Source: Escherichia phage EC.W2-6
Strand: one strand, 5' to 3'
Sequence record: PP445229.1
DNA: 64,000 nt
A program made the translations under genes and the position numbers. Shown piece after piece: positions 30,254-39,978 of this stretch. The notes beneath the pieces were generated by a model, which saw only the letters and a program-made list of their open reading frames with translations, did no database searches and was not told the DNA's origin. How positions within the stretch are numbered: the first letter of the stretch is position 1; the number at the start of each line of letters is the position of its first letter.

Positions 30254-31036
30254 TTACTTTACACCAATGCTAGCCAGACGTCTGAGCACTGCTTGTGTTT
30301 GTGGACTGTACTGAGAACCTGCTGCATGTGGTGCACTTGCCCTCTGAACTGTTTGAGAAGTGGGAGGTTTACCAGCAAGCATAGCAGCTACCCCTAATAC
30401 TGCATTACCAAAGTTCTGTTGAGGTTTCTGATTTTCGCCTTCCTGCACTTCATCAGAGTAAAACTCTACTGGATTTCCACCTAAAGCACCTGTCTTAGAA
30501 GCAGCAATCTCTGCCTGAGTTGGAGCTTGTGCGGCCTTCTCTCTATCTAACAAGTCAGGACTAAACTGATTGACTGGTTGAACAGCTTGCAAAGCTCCAA
30601 CAGGGTTAGCAATCTGAGAAGCTGCATCACCATAGAAAGGAAGAAAGTGTTTATTGTTCATGGAGTCAAGAGCTTGTGGAGTAAACCCCTTTTTACCAGC
30701 GAACATTTGCTTAGCTCCACCGATACCTTCTGAATAACCAACCATTGCTTTCTTAACATCACCATTAAAAGCTTTTAAGTTATCTCTTATGTAACGAGCG
30801 CCCATATCAATATTCTTTGCTGGGTCAAGTCTATCTTCTAGTTTGTAACCGTAATCTTTAGCCAACCCTTTACTGATCTGCATTAAACCTACAGGACCAG
30901 TTCCAGAGGCCACTGTAGGACGACCACTGGACTCTCTTTGGATGACAGCATGAATCAAAGCAGCAGGAATCCCATACTTCTTTGAAGCTTGCTGTACCAT
31001 TGGGTCTAGTTCTTCGATACCCATTCTGATTGCCAT
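30254..31036 (-). CDS. lytic transglycosylase (SLT domain) virion protein
   Basis: RESSGRP...GLMQIS SLT motif. Confidence 0.75.
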   Translation of the reverse strand: MAIRMGIEELDPMVQQASKKYGIPAALIHAVIQRESSGRPTVASGTGPVGLMQISKGLAKDYGYKLEDRLDPAKNIDMGARYIRDNLKAFNGDVKKAMVGYSEGIGGAKQMFAGKKGFTPQALDSMNNKHFLPFYGDAASQIANPVGALQAVQPVNQFSPDLLDREKAAQAPTQAEIAASKTGALGGNPVEFYSDEVQEGENQKPQQNFGNAVLGVAAMLAGKPPTSQTVQRASAPHAAGSQYSPQTQAVLRRLASIGVK

Positions 31037-31045
31037 AATATCTCC

Positions 31046-32080
31046 TTATTGTATACTCCTGAATATCTTTCTAGCATCTAATATTGGAATACTTAACCCG
31101 AGGGCACCACCCCCTCCTAAATCATATTGACTACTCCAAGAGTAAATCATCCTTCCGAAACCTGTACCGAAAGAAGAGCCATTCATCATGTGAGATCTTG
31201 TGTGTTGAAAATACCAACCACTAGCCTTGCCTCTTATTGCTCCTGCTCCGTAAGATAGTGGTATCATTGGATAGGCCAGAGATGTGTTACCGCCACTCAT
31301 AGGCATAAATCCCTCAACACTAAAAGGGGTTCTATATGTAGAAAATACACACTGAGACCCATTTGGAGAGAAGATATTTAAACCACCATTGTGGGTTGGT
31401 ACTCCAGAACCATCACAGAAGACGGCAATTCTAACACCACCAATGTATCCTGTTTGGTTTGTGTTACCATTATCATGAGACCTGTTCTGGTACACATAAA
31501 CAACCCTATTGGATGGATTGTATAGCAGCCCTGCTCCACCGTTACTCCAATTCGCGTAGACAGTTGCTCGGCTCATATCAAAACCACCAATATCTGGTAT
31601 TTGAAGAGAACCATTTATGTCACCCTCCCAAGCCCAAATACATTGACCAACAACCCCAGAATCGGATATTGAGAAATAGTCAGCAGAGTTGGAGAATGTG
31701 ATTCCATAATTCCTGTTAGCTCTAGGCCATATTTGATACACATTAAAAGCCATATCAAATACCCAACCGTTTACATTATAGTCCATAGTAACTCTGAAGG
31801 TTGAGTTATTAATAACAGATATATCCGTTATCCAATACACATCAGACGTTACGTTAGGAGGTATGTATCTCTCCCAAACAACAGACCCTGTTGGAACTAC
31901 AACTATCTGACCACTACCATCCCAACCACTTATAGGCAAGTCACAGGTATTTCCACTAAAAGAGAAATTCCCACTGACTCTATTTCTGAGTTGAGGGAAT
32001 GTGCTACCACTATCGATGTAAATATCAGCAGGTGCCGCTGGACCCGGACCAACCGGGCGTGTCCATATTCCATATGCCAT
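31046..32080 (-). CDS. virion/tail-associated protein
   Basis: Late-operon ORF with GGGAG RBS; Gly/Asn/Ser-rich. Confidence 0.5.
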   Translation of the reverse strand: MAYGIWTRPVGPGPAAPADIYIDSGSTFPQLRNRVSGNFSFSGNTCDLPISGWDGSGQIVVVPTGSVVWERYIPPNVTSDVYWITDISVINNSTFRVTMDYNVNGWVFDMAFNVYQIWPRANRNYGITFSNSADYFSISDSGVVGQCIWAWEGDINGSLQIPDIGGFDMSRATVYANWSNGGAGLLYNPSNRVVYVYQNRSHDNGNTNQTGYIGGVRIAVFCDGSGVPTHNGGLNIFSPNGSQCVFSTYRTPFSVEGFMPMSGGNTSLAYPMIPLSYGAGAIRGKASGWYFQHTRSHMMNGSSFGTGFGRMIYSWSSQYDLGGGGALGLSIPILDARKIFRSIQ

Positions 32081-32081
32081 G

Positions 32082-33050
32082 TTACCAACTCCCTATTCTT
32101 ATGCGAAGAGTTCCACTCCCATCATAAAAATCTATTCTATTACCATTCATCCACAACTGAGAACCACCTGTACCACCCATAACAAAATCACCACCAACAG
32201 TAAGTCTCCAGTTAGAACCCCACATAGAACCAGCAGTGATTTTATCCGCTGATAAGTTCTGAATCTGAGCATTGGAGATAGATACGTTATCAATCTGTGC
32301 CCATTGGATCCTAGCGTTGGCAATCTGAGCAGTTGTGATGTTGACGTTCTTTATGTCAGCGAATTCCATCCTAGCTCGCCCACCCTCAAATACGAAGGGG
32401 GTATTCCCAGAGCTGCCATCACCAACAATAAATTTGTTAGCTGTTACTTGGAATTGACTGTTTGTTCCGTTGTTAGTTAACTTGACCCCAGCATATCTTC
32501 CGTTGACTGTAGAGTTAACACCCCACGTAGCTTCATACTCAGAGAGTTTCATATACTGAGAAAGGCTTCCGTTGATATTTTGCAGTTCTGTCTGAACAAG
32601 AGCAATCTCTTGACCTTGATCGTTAACAATACCTTCTACTGTCTGAATTTTAGTTGTGTTACCTTCGATGCTGGTCTTAAAACCAGATACAGTGCTTTCT
32701 AGCTTCACAGGGGGTTGAACAGAATTATCCCAAATGTCCTCAGTGGACAGGTTCCCCATCTGGGTTTGGATATCTGCAATAGCTGTTTCTATCTCTGTAG
32801 TAATTCTATTCTCAAGCTCATCAAATTGTAGATTCATTGCATTAAGAGCTTTAATACGAACATCAATCTCTTCGTGAATTTCATCTATAGCTTGGAACAT
32901 TTGGTTAGTAGCTGTGCTAACTTTTTGTAATTCATCATACACGGCTACGTTATATGTTTCTGTGTCCTGTACATTATTGAGAAACCCAACGTTGTACGGG
33001 AGTGTGGTGTTGTTGCGACCAGTGTTCTTACGAAAACCACCTGCACCCAT
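32082..33050 (-). CDS. tail-fibre-like protein
   Basis: Coiled-coil N-half then beta-rich repeats (ISNAQIQNLSADKI); start at internal ATG 33050 with GGAGGA RBS. Confidence 0.5.
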   Translation of the reverse strand: MGAGGFRKNTGRNNTTLPYNVGFLNNVQDTETYNVAVYDELQKVSTATNQMFQAIDEIHEEIDVRIKALNAMNLQFDELENRITTEIETAIADIQTQMGNLSTEDIWDNSVQPPVKLESTVSGFKTSIEGNTTKIQTVEGIVNDQGQEIALVQTELQNINGSLSQYMKLSEYEATWGVNSTVNGRYAGVKLTNNGTNSQFQVTANKFIVGDGSSGNTPFVFEGGRARMEFADIKNVNITTAQIANARIQWAQIDNVSISNAQIQNLSADKITAGSMWGSNWRLTVGGDFVMGGTGGSQLWMNGNRIDFYDGSGTLRIRIGSW

Positions 33051-33093
33051 AAGTTCCTCCAAAACAATAAAAGGGGCACGAAGCCCCTTGTTG

Positions 33094-36000
33094 TTATCTC
33101 CGCCCGCCAACAGCAAACTCTATCGTTAAACCATTGATAGCAGCATTACTATTAACATCATTATCTATAACATTATAGAAAAGGTATGGATGGTTCAGTC
33201 TCACCGAGACATGCCTGTCAACACCGATCGTATATGTCTTAGATGTGTGTGGGTGTCCATATTCATTTGAGAATTGACTACCACCAGCTTCAAATATGTA
33301 AGTACCTGAACCAGTTGTCTGAGGTCGGAACCTGTTAATATGCTTCTGATTCCACTCATTCGTCACATTATCAAAATCTATACCAGTCCTCTCCAACCTC
33401 ATTTCCAGAGGCTTCTCTATAACAACATCATTTAGCCTGTCATAGAAGTAATCAAGAGCACCTACATCCACTTGATAGAATCCCTTCAAGAATGAACCTA
33501 CTATCGTAACCCTCTGTCTAAAGTTTGTTGCATCCTTTCTCCAAACGAGTTCTTTAATAGATGGGTCATCCCAAGTGATTTCTTGGAAGTCAGACCAGAT
33601 TGGACCTCTTTCTAAAACAGGAGGATCAACCAGACCAATACACTGAGCATATGGGATAGTACGGAATGACCAAGTATCAAACTCGTAGTTCCATACAGCA
33701 GCTTTAGTACAAGCGAAGCTTTCTTTTGGCTCTCCCGGACCTACGTACAGAACCCAAACTTCTTTCTTATCCTGATGCAAATGCACTCGAGTTGCTAGAG
33801 GGTTAACCAGACATACCTCGTTAATCAGCATATTCTTAACACGGTTAGATGCAATTGACTTCTTAGTTGCACCGTTGTGTAAGATTACATCGTTCTGAGT
33901 AACTACGAAGTGACTACCTTCTACTTCAACCACACACTCAGGAGCAAGGATACCAGAGTCGTTAAAGAGCTTCTTGAACATTAGAGGTTGGTACGTGTTA
34001 TTAGTCGGAGAACCAATATACGTTTCAAACTCTGTATAAACGAACAAGTAATCTTTAAGAGGTAGGATATCAATCAAGCTACCATTAGAATCTGCTAAGT
34101 CAATGTAACCAGCATACCCATTCTCTAGAGCCTGAGTCTGCCCTACGATGTTAGAAGCTAAGTCCGAAGACACAACTCGATCATAGGCAAAGTCATCCCA
34201 CAGTGTAGGAGCCTTGTTCTCATTGGCAAAGTTAGACCAACGAAGACGAAGCGGGTAGTTAGTGGTAACACCAGAAGCATTAGCCTCTCTCATATTCAGA
34301 GCAAAAAGACGGTTGTTAAAAGATCTTACTCTCTCACATTTCCAGTTAAACTTCTTGACTGAAGGGTTTCCATCACTATCCACCACTGTTTGCTCACCCC
34401 ACCCCGGAAGGTCTACAAAGTATTCTGATTCGAATTCTTTTACCTGAGGAGTTTCATAGTGAGTTGTAGCAACTGCACAGTTAGAGATAACAGCGTGATA
34501 CCAAGGGTAGTCATCAAAAGCATCGTAATCCTTCTGAGTCATCTGACTGACAGTACATGTTACGTTAATCTCTCCTTTACGAAGAGCAACCAGTTTGATA
34601 GATTTACCAGTGACTGAAGTTGTAGAAACATAACCAGTTTTATCAACAGACCACTGATAAGAGTACTCACCTTCTGGAGAAGCTGTGGCTGTAATGACAA
34701 CCTCTTCACCAACATCAAGAGAAGCGCTGACAATATCTAAGGTTACAGATGACAAAGGGGTTGCCAGTAAAGAAGCTCTTGCAAAACCTTCAATGTCATT
34801 CACGTTAGAGTAGTCATAGAAGTTATTACCTTCGTACATCCCTGACGTATCAATACCGGATGTAGGCTCAGCAAAATAAACCGTCTCTTCACTTTCAGGA
34901 GGAGTTACTACTTCTTCCTCTTGAGTTTCTACTGACTCTGACACAGGAGCAGCAAATGCCATAGAACTTGTTCTCATTGTTCTTCCAGCTAAATCTACAC
35001 GTACAGTACAGACAGCAACCCTGTTGCCTTCTTCAGTGGTAGCTGTAATCTCAGTAAAGCCAGCAAGTAAAGCGTTGATCGTCCCTTGTGTGCTAGTCCC
35101 TGATACTGTTGCAATATTTGGATTAGAAGAGGTCCAAGTAATATTTTGATTAGGGGCGTTAGCAGGAGAAAGGGTAGCAGTTAAGATATACTGAGAACCT
35201 CTACTCACAATAACATCTGACTGGCTTAAAGAGATACTATCAATCTGAGGGATGGAAACAACCTCACAAGAAGCAGTCTTAGTTCCGTTATCAGCAGTGA
35301 TTGTTACATTACCTTCTCCATTCGCTGTAATGACAGCAGTTAAAGAATTGGCGTTAGGGGTTACGGATACAATAGAAGCGTTATTGCTGGACCAAGTTAC
35401 AGGAGTCTTGCCAGTAACAGCCGTGAGAGTAGTAGTCCCTCCTTTACGAATTGTAACAGTGTCTTGACTCAAGAAGATGCCTGAATCACCGTCGATGATA
35501 TTAACAGCAATCTGAGCCACTACGGATTCGTTGGCAGTAGAGATAGTTACTACAAGATTACCTTCTTTCTCAAAAGATGTTAGAGTAGCAAGTTTAGAGT
35601 CACTAGGGTCTACCGTAATACTTCCATAGGATGAGTTACTAACCTCCCAAATAAGATCAGTATTGTTAGCATCAGCAGGGAGAAGAGAAACCTCTAGATT
35701 CTTGGTCTGATTGAAGTTCATTGAGATAGTTGATTCTTTAGGAACGATCTGAGAAACAACTGGATAAATCTTAATTGAGGCAGAAGCCTTCTTAGTGACT
35801 GTAGCAACCTTACGGCTAATATCAGTCAAGCTTTCATCTGTCAGTTTATATAACTTCTTATCCGTACCTACAACAAGAAAGCTATTACCTGCGCTATAAT
35901 AATCGAAAGGCATAGAAACGAAAGACAGAGGGGTTAAATCCTTATCTTCATCTACATAAGAAAGAGGGGCATTGCCCCCCGTCTTAAATACTCTCTGCTC

Positions 36001-36111
36001 AACAAATCGAGCATTTATAGCATTAGTGAAAGCATTAGGAGCTAAGTCTGTCGGAGCCTGATCAGCGATAATGCCTACAGCACCTAGTGACTTTATTGGA
36101 TACAGCGCCAT
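33094..36111 (-). CDS. large structural protein with Ig-like (Big_2-type) repeats
   Basis: 1005 aa with several Thr/Ser/Val-rich Ig-like repeat units; AAGGAGGA RBS. Confidence 0.6.
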   Translation of the reverse strand: MALYPIKSLGAVGIIADQAPTDLAPNAFTNAINARFVEQRVFKTGGNAPLSYVDEDKDLTPLSFVSMPFDYYSAGNSFLVVGTDKKLYKLTDESLTDISRKVATVTKKASASIKIYPVVSQIVPKESTISMNFNQTKNLEVSLLPADANNTDLIWEVSNSSYGSITVDPSDSKLATLTSFEKEGNLVVTISTANESVVAQIAVNIIDGDSGIFLSQDTVTIRKGGTTTLTAVTGKTPVTWSSNNASIVSVTPNANSLTAVITANGEGNVTITADNGTKTASCEVVSIPQIDSISLSQSDVIVSRGSQYILTATLSPANAPNQNITWTSSNPNIATVSGTSTQGTINALLAGFTEITATTEEGNRVAVCTVRVDLAGRTMRTSSMAFAAPVSESVETQEEEVVTPPESEETVYFAEPTSGIDTSGMYEGNNFYDYSNVNDIEGFARASLLATPLSSVTLDIVSASLDVGEEVVITATASPEGEYSYQWSVDKTGYVSTTSVTGKSIKLVALRKGEINVTCTVSQMTQKDYDAFDDYPWYHAVISNCAVATTHYETPQVKEFESEYFVDLPGWGEQTVVDSDGNPSVKKFNWKCERVRSFNNRLFALNMREANASGVTTNYPLRLRWSNFANENKAPTLWDDFAYDRVVSSDLASNIVGQTQALENGYAGYIDLADSNGSLIDILPLKDYLFVYTEFETYIGSPTNNTYQPLMFKKLFNDSGILAPECVVEVEGSHFVVTQNDVILHNGATKKSIASNRVKNMLINEVCLVNPLATRVHLHQDKKEVWVLYVGPGEPKESFACTKAAVWNYEFDTWSFRTIPYAQCIGLVDPPVLERGPIWSDFQEITWDDPSIKELVWRKDATNFRQRVTIVGSFLKGFYQVDVGALDYFYDRLNDVVIEKPLEMRLERTGIDFDNVTNEWNQKHINRFRPQTTGSGTYIFEAGGSQFSNEYGHPHTSKTYTIGVDRHVSVRLNHPYLFYNVIDNDVNSNAAINGLTIEFAVGGRR

Positions 36112-36120
36112 AATTCCTCC

Positions 36121-36924
36121 TTAGCTAATACGTCTCCAAATGTGAGCTGCTCTGAATGGTGGCAAAGTGTTAATAGGTTGACGAGAGATATCATCACGAC
36201 CAAGACTTACACTACCAGAGATTGTATGAGTGTGAGTATCATTATCAGTTCTCTGACTGTATCCACCACCCGGACTATACCAGTTTGGCGAGCTGTTATG
36301 ACCACTAGCATCTCCACGACCAAATACCATGTTGTGACTGTGAGTATTACTGGATAGAGAGAAGCTGGAGCCATTAACTGTCATCAAAGGTACGTTCTCA
36401 GTTCGAATAGTATTGAAGACACGACCACCAGTACCACCTGCTTGGAACTCAACTCTCTGAGCATTAGGGACAGAACCATCAGGGTTTACTACACCAGTAC
36501 CCATGATAACACCAGTCACTTTAGCCCAAGAGCCAAACCCTAAGGAGATGGAATCACCGGGGTTAATATCTTCTTCAGTGATGTAGTAAGAACCAATTCG
36601 ATAGAGCTTATTCTCCATCCAGTTCTTCATGAACGCTTCCATCTGGCCTTTAGTAACAACATCCTTGTCACCAGTTCCCGGAGTAACGTTCTTGATCATA
36701 AGACCACCAACATCCATTGAATCACCAGTAAACTTGAGCTTCTCTGACATAATCTTAAAGGTGTCAGAATCTATATCAACTGGTTCTGTAACATTGGGGA
36801 ATGTGTTCTGTAACGTTTGTTTAATGAGGCGGATTTGAGCCGCCCCTTCGTAGATGTAATCCCTGTCTCTAGGATAGAGCGGGTTTAAGTCGGTAATAAC
36901 TACCGCATTAGTTTCGATAGCCAA
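36121..36924 (-). CDS. virion protein (apparent TTG start)
   Basis: Reading frame begins with TTG preceded by GGAGGTG RBS; no ATG at this position. Confidence 0.45.
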   Translation of the reverse strand: MAIETNAVVITDLNPLYPRDRDYIYEGAAQIRLIKQTLQNTFPNVTEPVDIDSDTFKIMSEKLKFTGDSMDVGGLMIKNVTPGTGDKDVVTKGQMEAFMKNWMENKLYRIGSYYITEEDINPGDSISLGFGSWAKVTGVIMGTGVVNPDGSVPNAQRVEFQAGGTGGRVFNTIRTENVPLMTVNGSSFSLSSNTHSHNMVFGRGDASGHNSSPNWYSPGGGYSQRTDNDTHTHTISGSVSLGRDDISRQPINTLPPFRAAHIWRRIS

Positions 36925-36936
36925 AAGGCACCTCCA

Positions 36937-37428
36937 TTAATATTTACCTTCGGTGTAAAGATTAGCTTCTGCAACTCTTCTATTATGAAGACCCTGACTT
37001 CTCTGCTTCTCTCCCTTGACCGTTATTTTATCCCAACGAAGAAATTCGGAATAAACATCCCCCTTAACATCTCCATTGATTACCTTCCTTAACTTAGATG
37101 TGCTCAAAGCCCCACTGCCAACATTGAAGTTGAAAGAAGTGAGTGCATCAAACTCATGAACTAGTAAAGGAACCTTTATGTTCTTCTGAGTAGCACGAAC
37201 AGAGTCTTGTGTGTCTCTATCTAGCAGAGCTAGACAATCCTCTATAGAATACGTTAATCCTTGTCTAACCGGATAACCATTCATATCGCGCGTAGCCCCT
37301 ACACATATAGTCCAGATACCTGCGGAATCTTTATAAGCCTTGGTTCTCATACCCTCATGCTTCATGATGAATTCCATTCCAGCTGGGCTTAAGTTTAATT
37401 GTACAGGTGGCAATGCGGCGTTATCCAT
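36937..37428 (-). CDS. endolysin, GH24 (T4 lysozyme-like)
   Basis: MKHEGMRTKAYKDSAGIWTICVGAT matches the lysozyme E...D...T catalytic block. Confidence 0.8.
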   Translation of the reverse strand: MDNAALPPVQLNLSPAGMEFIMKHEGMRTKAYKDSAGIWTICVGATRDMNGYPVRQGLTYSIEDCLALLDRDTQDSVRATQKNIKVPLLVHEFDALTSFNFNVGSGALSTSKLRKVINGDVKGDVYSEFLRWDKITVKGEKQRSQGLHNRRVAEANLYTEGKY

Positions 37429-37457
37429 TTCTAACCTCCTTTTGTAGTCCCTTTAAA

Positions 37458-37676
37458 TTAAGGTAGTATCTTTCTCAGAGCGTTAGATTCAGCATCAGGG
37501 CAAATAACAACTAAGTTATTTTGAATTGTTCTCTGCTTGCATTGAGAGCTAAGCTTCTCTACTGGAGCAGGGACAGTTACTAATGGATGAACTGCGCCTA
37601 CAGGAACTGCGGTGGATACCACAACACCTGCGCCTAAACATATTAAACCATATGCAGCTTGTTTCATCATTTTCAT
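37458..37676 (-). CDS. small membrane/secreted protein (possible holin or lysis accessory)
   Basis: N-terminal hydrophobic segment AAYGLICLGAGVVVSTAV; adjacent to endolysin. Confidence 0.4.
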   Translation of the reverse strand: MKMMKQAAYGLICLGAGVVVSTAVPVGAVHPLVTVPAPVEKLSSQCKQRTIQNNLVVICPDAESNALRKILP

Positions 37677-37688
37677 TTGAGTGTCTCC

Positions 37689-37697
37689 TATATATTA
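37689..37697 (-). promoter_or_regulatory. candidate late promoter element (TAATATATA, minus strand)
   Basis: One mismatch to TAATGTATA; between terminator 37747-37766 and gene start 37676. Confidence 0.25.
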
Positions 37698-37746
37698 ACC
37701 TCTTGGGATATAGTAGTTTCATTACTTATTCACCAGTTTTACTCCT

Positions 37747-37766
37747 AAAAGCCCCCGAAGGGGCTT
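37747..37766 (-). terminator. intrinsic terminator after tail fibre gene
   Basis: GCCCC-CGAA-GGGGC hairpin; T-run on minus strand. Confidence 0.6.
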
Positions 37767-37769
37767 ATC

Positions 37770-39938
37770 TCACTTCTCTGCTAACTTCGCTTCTAGAACT
37801 TCAATACGCTTCAGCAGATCTTGAACAACCTGCATGGTATCTAAAAGCATTGGAGTTGCATCCAACTCTTTCTGTTCCTGCTCTACCCCATCGTTGTCAT
37901 GGAATTTACGAGTTTTAACATAAAGAGGTTCAACTTTCTCTGCCTGCTGTGCAATGATACCACGACGAGTTCTTCCTTGATTATCATTGTTGTACACAAA
38001 CGATTTGAAATCCAAACCTTTTATCGCACGAATTGCTTCATCAGGAGAGATATCTTGGATGTTATGTTTCAACTTTTCATCAGATACAGGATTCATAGCA
38101 AGAGTATAAGTTCCGGTTGAACTTGGCTGCCAAGTGTAGTAGTAAATCTCGTTCCTGTTTGGTCGGAGAGTTAAACGACAACCATATTTGTTGTCTTCAT
38201 CTCCCGAAACATGCCAACAGGAATCAGCAAAAGATCCAGCATCATTGTGAATCATCCCTACATGGGTAGTAGTTTTGTATCCACCTTGGGATGCTTGGGA
38301 AGCACTCAGTATAGAGTTAAAAGAGTAGTTAGCACCAACCCCTTGGTTGTCTATAGAAAACGTCCCTCTGCGACTTCCTGTTTCACTCCAAGACATCAAT
38401 GTTCTAGACCGAGCAACATATCTATCAGAGTTCAGGGTTCCAGAATCGTCAAAAGCTAATTGCTTGGTAACTCCTTTGGTTTTATTATAAACATTGATAA
38501 TCCCATAATAAGCTCCGTCGATATAAGCATCAGTTTGGAGCGTAGTAGAGGCTTCTACTTCTGAACCTATTTTATATTCAGAAACAACTGAACCGCTAGT
38601 TACCCTAGTTCCACCAGCAGGACGGTTTGCATCACTGTTAATAACTGACCAAGAGGTGTTAGCAGCAGTAAAACCTCCATGAGCACGAATAGTCCAAACA
38701 CCTACAAAGTTACGGGTCAGAATCTCCTCAGTGGAGCGACCATAAATAGGACTGGAACGCGATGCGTCAAAGTTTGTGGATATGTATTTACCTCCAGCCC
38801 CCACTGGAGCCACATCGTCTGTAGAGGTGATTGATTGAATTGCCCCGTTAGTCGCCACCTGCCCCGGAGCGGAGGCTAGTGTTACCATTGTGTGAGGGGA
38901 CGCATATGTGATATTCGGTGCAGCAGAATCAAACACTTGGCCATTTGCAGCAGAATTACCACCATCACCACGGCCATATAAAGCTCTCAGTGACCCCTCT
39001 TGGATACCATTTCGGTCAGGAACACGGAAAGTTGTTGTACCATTTCCGGTAGAATACCTACCCCTCTGATAGATATTAGACAACCAAAGAGAGTCTTCAA
39101 TTGGGGATAGCAGTTGTGCATAAGCCCATAAATCTGGGTAGTCAGCACGATTCAAAAGCTGCCCATCCGACACAACCTCAAAAGCTGGGATGAAAGCTCG
39201 ACTGTCACGTAAATGGAAATCACCAATACCAAAGTTAGAGATACCGCTCATCGTAGGACCACCAGAGCCACCACCACTGTTTCGAAGCTGTCTCAAAGTA
39301 ACCGCATCATAATCACCAACTGCATCAGGGACAGTTACTGGTTGAGTGAAAGTAACTTTCTGTGTGAGCTGTTTGATATCAGAGTTAATCCCTGTACGAG
39401 TAACACCTACCGTACGACCTTTAGAGTCTTTAACATAAGAACCAATTGCAGCAAAAGGCAAATCCTCAATCTCAGGACGGTAACGTTTAGAATAAACTGG
39501 ATACTTAGTTTCTACCCCAGAGTCATTCTGGTCAACAACCTGAAGACGACCAGCAGAATGAATCTCTACACCTTGAACTGAAGAGGCATAACTACCAATC
39601 TTGATTGAGTTATCAGTAGTAACTTTCATCATATCAACTGATTCTACACCATTAGCTCCAGTAGAACGGAATGGGGTATCATTAACAACCCAAGGGTCTT
39701 CTCGGAACAGCGCACCAGACATAATAGGTTGAATCGAATCCAGCACAAAATCTTTAGATGCACCCTCTGTTTTAGTTTGATAGGTAGCAGCTGCGTCGGT
39801 TTTCTGTAAATATTTTCCGGTGAGGTTAATAGCTCCAGTCTGTCCATCTACAGTAGAAACCCCAACAACAGCCGCGTCTCTGGTTACAACCACATGAGGC
39901 ATCATTATACCAGATTTGGGCATTAATTCTCTAGACAT
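37770..39938 (-). CDS. tail fibre/tailspike with C-terminal S74 intramolecular chaperone domain
   Basis: C-terminal SDEKLKHNIQDI...GLDFKSFVY matches the self-cleaving chaperone (S74) motif. Confidence 0.8.
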   Translation of the reverse strand: MSRELMPKSGIMMPHVVVTRDAAVVGVSTVDGQTGAINLTGKYLQKTDAAATYQTKTEGASKDFVLDSIQPIMSGALFREDPWVVNDTPFRSTGANGVESVDMMKVTTDNSIKIGSYASSVQGVEIHSAGRLQVVDQNDSGVETKYPVYSKRYRPEIEDLPFAAIGSYVKDSKGRTVGVTRTGINSDIKQLTQKVTFTQPVTVPDAVGDYDAVTLRQLRNSGGGSGGPTMSGISNFGIGDFHLRDSRAFIPAFEVVSDGQLLNRADYPDLWAYAQLLSPIEDSLWLSNIYQRGRYSTGNGTTTFRVPDRNGIQEGSLRALYGRGDGGNSAANGQVFDSAAPNITYASPHTMVTLASAPGQVATNGAIQSITSTDDVAPVGAGGKYISTNFDASRSSPIYGRSTEEILTRNFVGVWTIRAHGGFTAANTSWSVINSDANRPAGGTRVTSGSVVSEYKIGSEVEASTTLQTDAYIDGAYYGIINVYNKTKGVTKQLAFDDSGTLNSDRYVARSRTLMSWSETGSRRGTFSIDNQGVGANYSFNSILSASQASQGGYKTTTHVGMIHNDAGSFADSCWHVSGDEDNKYGCRLTLRPNRNEIYYYTWQPSSTGTYTLAMNPVSDEKLKHNIQDISPDEAIRAIKGLDFKSFVYNNDNQGRTRRGIIAQQAEKVEPLYVKTRKFHDNDGVEQEQKELDATPMLLDTMQVVQDLLKRIEVLEAKLAEK

Positions 39939-39978
39939 TTAAATCTCCTTAAAGCCCCCCGAAGGGAGCATTGTTAAA

